DNA from: Alphaproteobacteria bacterium
GTDB lineage: Bacteria > Pseudomonadota > Alphaproteobacteria > Bin95
Assembly (NCBI GenBank): GCA_964291285.2
Contig: OZ219785.1
Location: forward strand, 288,001-352,000
Direction: 5' to 3'
DNA: 64,000 nt
The notes under the pieces are model-generated. The model saw only the letters and a list, made by a program, of their open reading frames with translations. It searched no databases and was not told the origin of the DNA. This document shows positions 23,852-31,798 of this stretch, one piece after another. The position numbers and the translations under genes were made by a program. Every line of letters starts with the position of its first letter. Within the stretch, counting starts at the first letter, position 1.

Positions 23852-24892
23852 TCAGGAATCGACCAGCCGGCCGGCCTCCACCACATTCACCCCGTCGAGG
23901 CTCACCGTGCAGTTCCGCATCGGCAGGTCGAAATGCCCGAGCGTGTGGCGGTTGGCGAACTCGTTGGCGCCGGTCGAGTAGAGGAAGTTGCCCGCGAAGG
24001 CGCGGATCTCGGTGCCGTTGAAGTCGCGCTGGTCGTACATAGCGAGCGCCTCGTAGCGGGCCGCCTCGTTCAGGCCCCACCCGACATGTGAAGTGGCATA
24101 AGCCTCGCGGTCGCCCCAGGCGGCCCAGTAACGCCGGAAGAGCTCGGCATCGGTGCCCTCGCCCTCGATGGCGGTGACGTAGTCATCCTCGACGGTGAGC
24201 GCCACCGGCGCCTCCAGGTAACGCTTGAAGGTCAGGTTGACATCGCCGGTATCGAGCACCAACCGGCCGTGGACGGAGCCGGCGGCGGGGAAGGCGACGA
24301 CGATCCCGCCCGGCCAGTGGGCGACCGTCCTCGGCCGGTCGCAATAGCCCCAGACCCCGGCGCTCGGCGCGCCCTCCAGCGCGACGGTGAGGTCCGAGCC
24401 GGCTTCGGAGGTCACGCGCATCTCCTTCGCCGCCCGGATCCGCCTGACCGCCGCCTTGACACGCTCGGTGAGCGCCGGGTCGGGCAACAGGCGCTCGAGC
24501 GCGTCCGGGTGCTCGTTGGAGACCATCAGCAGCCGCGCGCCGTCGGCGATGATTTCCGGCAGCTCCGGCGCATGGAGCATTCCCTCCACCGTCACATCGA
24601 CGACGAGGGAGCTGGCGGCGAGCGCCCTGATCGCCGGACCCAGCCCCTGCAGGGCGGGCGACGATCCGGTCGAGCGCACCGGCACGGGGGCGGTCTGCGG
24701 CGGCGAGACGACCGTGACATGGAACGGCCGCGCGCCGCGCCGGAGCAGCGCAAGCTCGGCCAGTTCGACATTGAGCCGCCGCGACTGCGTTTCCGAGAGG
24801 ATCGCGACTTCCTCGCCCTTCTCCACCTTGCAGAGGCCGAAGACGGTGTCGAACGCCGCGATCCAGCGTTCCTCTATGCGGTCGGTGAACAC
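23852..24892 (-). CDS. Peptidase M29-like / NicX (2,5-dihydroxypyridine dioxygenase)-like protein
   Basis: ILSETQSR, HWPGG, SHVGWGLN, RAFAGNFLYSTGAN, HFDLPMRNC; GTG start after a GGAGAG SD. Confidence 0.75.
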   Translation of the reverse strand: MFTDRIEERWIAAFDTVFGLCKVEKGEEVAILSETQSRRLNVELAELALLRRGARPFHVTVVSPPQTAPVPVRSTGSSPALQGLGPAIRALAASSLVVDVTVEGMLHAPELPEIIADGARLLMVSNEHPDALERLLPDPALTERVKAAVRRIRAAKEMRVTSEAGSDLTVALEGAPSAGVWGYCDRPRTVAHWPGGIVVAFPAAGSVHGRLVLDTGDVNLTFKRYLEAPVALTVEDDYVTAIEGEGTDAELFRRYWAAWGDREAYATSHVGWGLNEAARYEALAMYDQRDFNGTEIRAFAGNFLYSTGANEFANRHTLGHFDLPMRNCTVSLDGVNVVEAGRLVDS

Positions 24893-25099
24893 GTCCGGTC
24901 TCTCCTTCCCGGTTGCAGGCGCCGCCTGTCGGGCATTTGTAGCACCGCCGGCGCGTTCGTGGCTTTCCCTGAAACGAGGAAAAGGACGCGGTCCCGCGGG
25001 CGCCGGAATAGAGCTGGAACCCGGTGTAATCCGAAAGGAGTCCGTCTCCGAGGACGACGACTGCACCCGCCCTCGCAAGCAGGCCCGGAGGCCGGCTGC

Positions 25100-26869
25100 C
25101 TATTCCGCCGCGCGGCTGTCGGCGCTCTCGTTCTGCATGGCGGTGTCGACGCTGCCGTCCCGCATTACCGCGCGCAGGCGCGCCGTGGCGGCCTCGTCGG
25201 CCGTGCGGCCGTCGGCAGCGAGCACGACGCCGTAGTCCCGCTCCGCGCCCTCGGGCGAAAGCAGTTCGTTCAGTACGTCGCGGGCCACGGCCGTCGGTTC
25301 GCGGTCCAGCGGGTCGCCCCAGCCGCCGCCGCCCGCCAGCTCGTGCAGGAACACATCGCCCTCATGGATGTTGCGCGTAATCTTGGAGGGGACCGGCTCG
25401 CCGTTCAGATAGTTCGCCGCCGGCTCGCCCGGCTTGCCGCCGGAAAGGCCGTAGGGGCGGAAGGCCATGCGGTCGGCGCGCACCTGCAGCACCGCCTCAT
25501 GCTCCAGGAAGCGGTATTCCCGCCGGTAGGGCGCGCCGCCGCGATAGGCGCCCGGCCCCATCCGGTCCGCCACCAGGTCGTAGCGCAGCACCTGGACCGG
25601 CTGCTCCGCCTCCGTCACCTCGACCGAGTGCGAGGCCATGTTGGCGAACATGTTGGCGTTGCCCTCGAGCCCGTCCGCATAGGGCCGCCCGCCCCAGGTG
25701 CCGCAGGCGAAATCGACATAGATGAAGGGCCGGCGTTCCTTGTCGTAGCCGCCGATGGACACGCCCGTGTTGCCGCCGTCGGAGCAGGCGAACACCCTGT
25801 CGGGCGCGCACCCGGCGAGCGCGCCGAAGGCGCAGTCCACCATGCGGAAGCCCGTCAGCCCGCGCGCCGCGCAGGCCGCCGGCAGCACCGCATTGGCGAT
25901 GGTGCCCGGCGGGGCCGTCACCTCGATGGCGCGGAACACGCCTTCGTTATTGGGGATGCCCGGCGGCAGGATCGAGCGCACCGCGCAATAGGTCGCGGCC
26001 TTGGTGAAGGAGAGCGTGTTGTTGATCGCGCCCTTCACCTGCTCCGACGAGCCGGTCCAGTCGGCCTTCATCGAATCGCCCGTCTTGGTGAAGGTCACGA
26101 ACAGGCGGATCGGCTTGCCGACATCGATGCCGTCATCGTCGATCCAGTCCTCGAAGGACCAAGTCCCGTCCGGCAGTTCCAAGAGCGCCGCGCGGGTCAG
26201 CCGCTCGGCATAGTCGATCACCGCCTCCATATAGACGCCGACGCGCTCCTCGCCGTATTTCTCCACGAGGCCGAGGAAGGCCGCCTCCGCGATATGGCAG
26301 GCCGCAAGCTGGGCGCGCAGGTCGCCCGCAAGCCGCACCGGCACGCGGACATTGCTTTCGATCAGCGTCCAGAGCGTCTCGTTGCGCTTGCCGCGCTCGA
26401 ACATCTTGAGCGGCGGGATGCGCAGCCCTTCCTGGTAGATCTCCGTCGAGTCGGAGGCGTTGGAGCCCGCCACGCGCCCGCCGACATCGGTGTGGTGGCA
26501 GATGGTGCAGGCGAAGGCCAGCCGGCGCCCCTCATGGAAGATCGGCTGGAAGACGAAGATGTCCGGCAGGTGCATGCCGCCGTCGAACGGGTCGTTCAGG
26601 CAGAACACGTCGCCCGGATGGATGTCGTCCCGGAACCGCTCGACCACCGTGGCGAGCGCGGTCGGGATCGACCCCAGATGCCCCGGCAGGGTGAGCCCCT
26701 GGGCCACCAGCCGCCCGTCGGCATCCGCAAAGGCGGTGGAGAAGTCCATATTGTCGCGCAGCACGCCGGAATAGGTGGTCCGGCAGATGGTGAGCGCCAT
26801 CTCGTCGGCGATCGAGAAGATGGCGTTCTTGAAGAGCTCGAAGGCGATGGGATCGTCGATTTCGGTCAT
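25100..26869 (-). CDS. Hydantoinase B/oxoprolinase family protein
   Basis: DFST, NDPFDGGMHLPD, HHTDVGG, QEGLRIPP, GGGGWGDP. Confidence 0.93.
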   Translation of the reverse strand: MTEIDDPIAFELFKNAIFSIADEMALTICRTTYSGVLRDNMDFSTAFADADGRLVAQGLTLPGHLGSIPTALATVVERFRDDIHPGDVFCLNDPFDGGMHLPDIFVFQPIFHEGRRLAFACTICHHTDVGGRVAGSNASDSTEIYQEGLRIPPLKMFERGKRNETLWTLIESNVRVPVRLAGDLRAQLAACHIAEAAFLGLVEKYGEERVGVYMEAVIDYAERLTRAALLELPDGTWSFEDWIDDDGIDVGKPIRLFVTFTKTGDSMKADWTGSSEQVKGAINNTLSFTKAATYCAVRSILPPGIPNNEGVFRAIEVTAPPGTIANAVLPAACAARGLTGFRMVDCAFGALAGCAPDRVFACSDGGNTGVSIGGYDKERRPFIYVDFACGTWGGRPYADGLEGNANMFANMASHSVEVTEAEQPVQVLRYDLVADRMGPGAYRGGAPYRREYRFLEHEAVLQVRADRMAFRPYGLSGGKPGEPAANYLNGEPVPSKITRNIHEGDVFLHELAGGGGWGDPLDREPTAVARDVLNELLSPEGAERDYGVVLAADGRTADEAATARLRAVMRDGSVDTAMQNESADSRAAE

Positions 26870-26914
26870 GGCAGGGGAGCAAACCACAGCTTGGCGGCCG
26901 GGAACAGAAGTAAA

Positions 26915-27865
26915 TCAGCCCGGCGGCGCCTGCATCAGCGCCATGAAGGACGCCAGCCCGACAAGAGTGACGAACACCGCCCCGGCATAGTTCATCCCGT
27001 GCCGGAGCGCGCCCAGGCCCCGGTTGCCGCCGGCCCGCTCCATGACCCGCATCGCGGTCTGCCTGGCGAGAATCGCGCCCACCCACAGAATGCAGATGCT
27101 GAGCCCGATCCCCAGCGACATCGCCGCCACGAGCAGGAACCCCGGAACGATCATGCCGTTGGCCACCGCGTAAAGCATGATGAGCACCGCGCCGGGGCAC
27201 GGCGCCATGCCCGCGGCGAGCGCCAGCAGGCCGCCTTCCGCCCTGCCGCCGTGATCGTGATGGTGGCCGTCATGGCCGTGGCGGTGATGGTGGCCGTGAG
27301 CGCCGGCGCCGGGATCGAGCGAGGCCCGGACGGCCGAATACAGCATGTACACGCCGATTCCCACGATGATCAGGAAGCTCCCGGCGCGCAGGCCCGGCAC
27401 TTCGGAGAGCCCGATGCCGAACCCGGCCTTCAGCGCGATGTCCGCCAGCCAGACGACGACGACCGCGGCGATGACATGGACGATTGCGACCTGCGCCGCC
27501 ATGACGACCCCGCGCACGACCCGCGCCTCGCGGCCGAGAAAATAGGAAACGATGACGAATTTCCCGTGCCCCGGCCCGAAGGCGTGGATGCTTCCATAGG
27601 CGAATGCAATCGCCAGCCCCAGAAAGAAGGCGCCGAGGTCGTCGCCGCGCTGCAGGGCGCTCATGTGCAATGCGATTTCCGCATTCGCCTGGCGCTGGAA
27701 TTCGACGGCCGGCCCGATGAGGCGCGCGAGCCGCCCGCCGCCTTCGGCCGTTGCGGCGTCCGGCGCCGCCTCCGTGTGCGAGCCCGCTTCCGGCGCGGCA
27801 AAGGAGGCCGCCAGCGCCAGCGCAAATGGCGCCATCCACAGCCGCATTCCAGTGCCGGGCAGCAT
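26915..27865 (-). CDS. RcnA/NiCoT-like nickel-cobalt transporter (start uncertain)
   Basis: HAFGPGHGK, His-rich loop HGHHHRHGHDGHHHDH, PCPGA. Confidence 0.85.
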   Translation of the reverse strand: MLPGTGMRLWMAPFALALAASFAAPEAGSHTEAAPDAATAEGGGRLARLIGPAVEFQRQANAEIALHMSALQRGDDLGAFFLGLAIAFAYGSIHAFGPGHGKFVIVSYFLGREARVVRGVVMAAQVAIVHVIAAVVVVWLADIALKAGFGIGLSEVPGLRAGSFLIIVGIGVYMLYSAVRASLDPGAGAHGHHHRHGHDGHHHDHGGRAEGGLLALAAGMAPCPGAVLIMLYAVANGMIVPGFLLVAAMSLGIGLSICILWVGAILARQTAMRVMERAGGNRGLGALRHGMNYAGAVFVTLVGLASFMALMQAPPG

Positions 27866-27949
27866 GGCTCGAATGTTCGGACACCGGTCGGGCGTGTCAA
27901 GCAAGACATGGCGCCGGGCAATCGCCCGGCATCGAGCGGAGCCTGCGTC

Positions 27950-29080
27950 TCAGACCTTGCCGGCGGCGGCGGGATAGTCGTTTATGCCGAGTTCGCCCCG
28001 GAAATCGGCGCTCATCTGCGCTTTCTGCACCTCCAGCGGAATGCCGGTCGCATCGGCGACCCGCACCACGGCATTGAAGATGGCGAGCACGCCGGCGGCA
28101 TCGACCAGCGCCTCGCCGCCGATTTCCTCATGCAGCCGGTCCCGCGCCGCCGCAAAGCCCGCCCTGCCCTCTTCGTAGAAGCTGTCCGCATAGGCGGTCA
28201 GCGCCGCCCCCGCCGCGACGCCGCCGCCGGTCCCGTCCCCGGCGACCATCGCCGCCAGCTCGTAGTCGTCGCCCGTATGTTCGCCGCTCTCACGGAGCAG
28301 CACCGCATGGCTGGTGGTTCAGTAGACGCAGCGGTTGATGGCCGACACCCGGCCCGCGAGGAACTCGGTCTGGGCGTGGGTGAGCGCGCGGTATTCGGTG
28401 CCGTAGTCCCGGAGCTGCCCGTCGGGCAGGTAGTGCACCGAGTCCATGTCGAAGAAGCCTGTGACTTCCGCGGGCACCAGCGAGAGCGCGCGGTGGATGT
28501 TCACGGCCGAGAGCCCGTCATACATGCCGGCCTCCGCGTCGGTCAGGTCCTCCGGCGCCACCGTCGGCACCCAGGCGAGCCCCTCCTTCGCGCCCGCCGG
28601 CCGGCGCCGGCGCGGCTCCCCGGCAACGGGCGCCGGCAGCGCATGGCGCGGCAGCCCCATGGCGTCGCAGAAGCTGTCGACGGCGATGACCGTCGCCATG
28701 ACGCCCACCGTCTCGACATATTCGGCGTCGCTCAGCCCGCCGGCCAGAGCGTCGGCGTAGAAGCGCGGCGTCAGGCGGCCGGGGTCGGTGCGGATGCGGT
28801 GGACGACCTCGACCAGCACTTCGGGCAGGTCCGTCGCCGTCTCGTGCGCGCCGGTCACGGCATAGGGCGAGAGCGCCGCCTTGCGCTCCCGGCAGAGTCC
28901 GCAACGTTCCGCCGCGCGGGTCTCCTCGGCGATGGCGATGCGCACGGCGCCCGGCCACCACTCGCCCGGCGCCGCCAGCCGCGCCCAGGCGCGCTGCTGG
29001 GCGGCAACGAGGTCGCCGCGCACCGGCAGGGGGCTCAGACGATAGTCGAGGGTCCCGATCCCTGCTGTTTCCCCGGACAT
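27950..29080 (-). CDS. AhpD/alkylhydroperoxidase-related selenoprotein (UGA at 28319-28321 read as Sec)
   Basis: ORFs 28319-29080 and 27950-28303 are in frame and separated only by TGA in RC-V-Y-(TGA)-TTSH (CxxU); SECIS-like hairpin follows. Confidence 0.8.
28283..28301 (-). promoter_or_regulatory. Bacterial SECIS-like hairpin
   Basis: GCUGCUC-CGUGA-GAGCGGC, starting 17 nt 3' of the UGA, with GU in the apical loop. Confidence 0.65.
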
Positions 29081-29207
29081 GGCCCGCCTCCCGTTTGCTG
29101 TTTCCGGCAGTGTACCACGGCCGGCCCCGGATCGGGTTCAGGCAGGCTTTGCGGGCGTCCGTGCCGGCGGCGGAGGATCGTTACATGCTTTTTTTCCTGA
29201 AAAGAGT

Positions 29208-29267
29208 TTGACTTTGTCCCTGAATGGCCTATATTACCCTCCATAAGAGTATGAATCGGGAACGAAC
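29208..29267 (+). promoter_or_regulatory. Sigma-70 promoter with possible LexA box
   Basis: TTGACT-N16-TATATT; GAAT-N7-GAAC at 29253-29267 (alphaproteobacterial SOS box is GAAC-N7-GAAC). Confidence 0.5.
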
Positions 29268-29482
29268 AGGCAGATGACCTGACGGTGCTGAGCGCGTGCG
29301 GCATGGGCCGCCTTGTGGCGCTACTCGGGATTTCGAAGGGCGAAACCGGCCTCGGGCCGGGCAGGGAAGGTGCGCGCGCCGGCCGCGGGAGAACCGACCG
29401 AGTTGTCGTAATTCCGGGGTGGAATCCACGCGCCCGACCCGTTCGAAATAGGCCGCCGGACGGTGCGGCCGGGGGAGGAGTC

Positions 29483-29887
29483 ATGACGGACTTGCTGGCG
29501 GGACGGAGCCAGGGGCTGGCGTTCGGCGAGGACCTGCGCCGCCGGGCGGTTGCGGCGGTGCTGGACGAGGGGATGACCAGGGCGGCCGCGGGCCGGCGGT
29601 TCGGGGTCCATCCCCAGAATATCTCCCGCTGGGTGAAGCGCTATCGGGAGCGCGGCCATCTGCGGCCCGATCCGAGGGGCGGCGACTCCCGGTCCTGGCG
29701 GATCGAGGCGGAGCGGGACCGGATCCACCGCCTTCTGGAGAGGCGGCCGGGCATCAGCATCCGCGCGCTTCGCGACGCGCTGGCAGCGGAGGGCGCCGAG
29801 TTCGGGTTGGGCGCGGTGCAGCGCTTCCTGAAGCGCCACGGCCTGGAGCGCGCCCGCCGCCCGGCCGGGGCCGGCCGGCGCAGGTGA
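29483..29887 (+). CDS. IS630-like transposase N-terminal HTH protein lacking the DDE domain
   Basis: EDLRRRAVAAV..AAGRRFGV..ISRWVKRYRERG..PRGGDSRS..LRDALAAEG..VQRFLKRHGL; GGAGG SD. Confidence 0.75.
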   Translation: MTDLLAGRSQGLAFGEDLRRRAVAAVLDEGMTRAAAGRRFGVHPQNISRWVKRYRERGHLRPDPRGGDSRSWRIEAERDRIHRLLERRPGISIRALRDALAAEGAEFGLGAVQRFLKRHGLERARRPAGAGRRR

Positions 29888-29954
29888 CGGCGGGCGCCCG
29901 GCAGCCGCGCCGATTGCAGGCGGCGGGCCGGCGGAGTAGAAGACGGGCGCCCGG

Positions 29955-30031
29955 CGGGGCGTAGCGCAGCCTGGCAGCGCGTCTGCTTTGGGAGCAGAAG
30001 GTCGCGAGTTCGAATCTCGCCGCCCCGACCA
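29955..30031 (+). tRNA. tRNA-Pro(UGG)
   Basis: Canonical cloverleaf CGGGGCG...CGCCCCG-ACCA; anticodon arm TCTGC-TTTGGGA-GCAGA; TTCGAAT T-loop. Confidence 0.97.
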
Positions 30032-30112
30032 CCGTTCGGACCGCGCGCCCTGCGCCAGCCCGGTCGAGCGCCCGGATTGCGTTACGGGCCCGGGAACGGG
30101 AGGACGGACGGC

Positions 30113-30310
30113 ATGAGCGGCGAAACGGCGGTCATCATCCTTGCGGTCATCGGCGCCGGGGCTGCTCTCGGCCTGCTGATCGTTCCGGGCCAACGCGAAT
30201 TGCGGCGCGACATTGCGAACCTGTGCGAACGAATGGCGCGCGTCGAGGGTGCGGTCGAGGCCCTGCGCAACGCCATTGCGGGGCAGCGGAGGGGAACCGC
30301 CCGCGAATAA
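30113..30310 (+). CDS. Small single-TM coiled-coil protein
   Basis: Hydrophobic N-terminus then RELRRDIANLCERMARVEGAVEAL; GGAGG SD. Confidence 0.65.
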   Translation: MSGETAVIILAVIGAGAALGLLIVPGQRELRRDIANLCERMARVEGAVEALRNAIAGQRRGTARE

Positions 30311-30418
30311 ATCCCGTCCGGCGGGGCCGTTCGTCCTCGTCGCGCGGTTACCGGCGCACGCAACGCATTTTCGGCACTGCCTGGGGCCGGCGTCGGCCTC
30401 CCGACTAGGCGTCCGCAC

Positions 30419-30578
30419 TTACGCCTGCTCGCCGCTCCGCTTGGTGAAGCCCTCGAACAAGCCCTCCAGACGGGCCATGCGCTTGCGCAAGTCGGACATA
30501 TCGCGATGCAGGTTCCAGAGAAAGCCCGCACCACGTTGCGGCGATCCGGTCTAATCCCGTCCGCTCGATCCGTTTCAT
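30419..30578 (-). pseudogene. Degraded paralog of the small coiled-coil protein
   Basis: FLWNLHRDMSDLRKRMARLEGLFEGFTKRSGEQA* resembles 30113-30310; 5' part out of frame. Confidence 0.5.
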
Positions 30579-30847
30579 GCCTTCCACATACCGACAGCGC
30601 TGACCCACCTGTGCCGGGTCGCCCGCTTCCGTAATGGGACTCCGTAGCAGCCAGCGCCGTTGAAGCCTTTGGCAATAGCGGGTGACCCAACCAAGCGGGA
30701 CCCGTGGCGCTGTTTGCAGGGCTATCATCCCAGCAAATTATTTTTCACCAAACGATTGACAAGAGTACATATCCATGATAATTGCGGAGACGGCGGTGGT
30801 GCGGAGAGGCTTGACTCCATTCTGTCTTGATGCAAAATGCGTCTGAA

Positions 30848-30922
30848 GGCGGGGGAGCGTGACGGCCACGCCGGGAACTAGAAAATCCACGTAAGCCGGT
30901 TCGACTCCGGTCCCCGCCTCCA
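30848..30922 (+). tRNA. Non-canonical tRNA: Cys-like body (GGC/GCC, U73), loop CTAGAAA (nominal anticodon AGA)
   Basis: Perfect acceptor GGCGGGG/CCCCGCC-TCCA, D-stem GCGT/ACGC, T-arm GCCGG-TTCGACT-CCGGT; weak 3-bp anticodon stem. Confidence 0.7.
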
Positions 30923-30933
30923 GACATGCCGAA

Positions 30934-31008
30934 CAGGGGGTAGTCTAGCTGGTAAGGCACCCGCTTTAGGAGCGGGAGACTTGGGTTCGAGACCCAACCC
31001 CCTGACCG
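30934..31008 (+). tRNA. Non-canonical tRNA: Pro-like body (C1-G72, A73) with UAG (Leu) anticodon
   Basis: CAGGGGG/CCCCCTG acceptor; CCCGC-TTTAGGA-GCGGG anticodon arm; TTGGG-TTCGAGA-CCCAA T-arm; ends ACCG, not ACCA. Confidence 0.75.
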
Positions 31009-31097
31009 GCGTTTTAATTAGCGTTGACATATTACCTCTTGTCAAGCGCCCTAGTTCTTGATATTTCGTTCAACTGGTGGCTATAGGGAACGCTACC

Positions 31098-31208
31098 ATG
31101 CTGGATAAGGCCAAGCTCGACCTGTTGGCCAAGGTCATGCAGCGCGTGGTTCAGGAACGGCTAACCCCCAATGCTCCCGCCAAGGAACCGCCGCAACCGG
31201 CGAAGTGA
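31098..31208 (+). CDS. Putative 36-aa peptide MLDKAKLDLLAKVMQRVVQERLTPNAPAKEPPQPAK
   Basis: AGGGA SD-like sequence, ATG..TGA, directly downstream of the tRNA pair; translated by hand. Confidence 0.35.
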   Translation: MLDKAKLDLLAKVMQRVVQERLTPNAPAKEPPQPAK

Positions 31209-31230
31209 TCAAGAGACGCAGCAGAGCTTT

Positions 31231-31338
31231 TGGTGCAGGCGGTGGGATTTGAACCCACGGGGCACGGGGTTGCTTGGAAGCTTGCCGCGCCCGCCGGCGT
31301 CTAAGGCCGGTGCAATAAGCCAACTCTGTTACACCTCC
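31231..31338 (-). tRNA. Non-canonical tRNA(UAG) with very long (~35 nt) variable arm
   Basis: GGAGGTG/CGCCTGC-ACCA (one G.G mismatch), CCGGC-CTTAGAC-GCCGG, V-arm GGGCGCGG..CCGTGCCC, GTGGG-TTCAAAT-CCCAC. Confidence 0.75.
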
Positions 31339-31401
31339 AATAGCGTAGCGCCCCGGTTGATATCATATGTCAGCCGGGGCGCAGCTATAACCTAGCATCG
31401 G

Positions 31402-31533
31402 CTAGTCAAGATAAATCTTGAATGCGCATTTGCCATGATCGCGGGCATAGACGCGCGTGCCGTCTTTCTTGGTGAACCAAGGCCGCAGAATGTATCGGCG
31501 ACCATCGGTATCAACGTAGATCTGATCGGACAT
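31402..31533 (-). CDS. 43-aa basic/aromatic peptide MSDQIYVDTDGRRYILRPWFTKKDGTRVYARDHGKCAFKIYLD
   Basis: Strong GGAGGA SD just upstream of the ATG; protein-like composition; too short for the ORF track. Confidence 0.65.
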   Translation of the reverse strand: MSDQIYVDTDGRRYILRPWFTKKDGTRVYARDHGKCAFKIYLD

Positions 31534-31709
31534 TATGTCCTCCACTGGAAAACCTGTGGAGAGACACTTGCGCTAAACAAACTGGTGCGGGTAAGGTTGC
31601 CTTGCTCGCGCCTGATCAGCGCAAGTGCTCTCTGTGGGAGAGTGGGGTCGAGGTCGTCCAAGGGCCTCGGCCCCTTTCCGTTTGACACCTCCTGTCAACG
31701 ACAGGCGTC

Positions 31710-31738
31710 AGGCTAGATCACAGGCAGTGAGGCGTCAA
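31710..31738 (-). promoter_or_regulatory. Sigma-70 promoter for the leader-peptide-tRNA unit
   Basis: TTGACG-N17-TAGCCT. Confidence 0.55.
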
Positions 31739-31798
31739 CATACGAGATGCATGGGAAAGTTTGACAAACTACACAACATCTTGGAAACTGTGGATAAC

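Noticed and set aside
25005-25050. Cobalamin riboswitch-like GGAACCCGGTGTAATCCG
   Set aside because: Opposite strand to the flanking genes and the other conserved B12-box elements were not found
24269-29200. 1643-aa plus-strand ORF, and similar long ORFs (7294-10212, 34912-38514 portion, 18374-20329, 44372-46303, 46129-48129)
   Set aside because: Antisense shadows of recognisable genes in high-GC DNA; no motifs of their own
30848-30922. Amber suppressor / pyrrolysine tRNA (CUA) reading of the loop ACTAGA
   Set aside because: CTA is not preceded by U33 and is off-centre in the loop; no pyl genes present
31231-31338. tRNA-Sec (selC) for the nearby selenoprotein, or tmRNA
   Set aside because: Anticodon is UAG not UCA, fold is 7/5, and there is no tag reading frame
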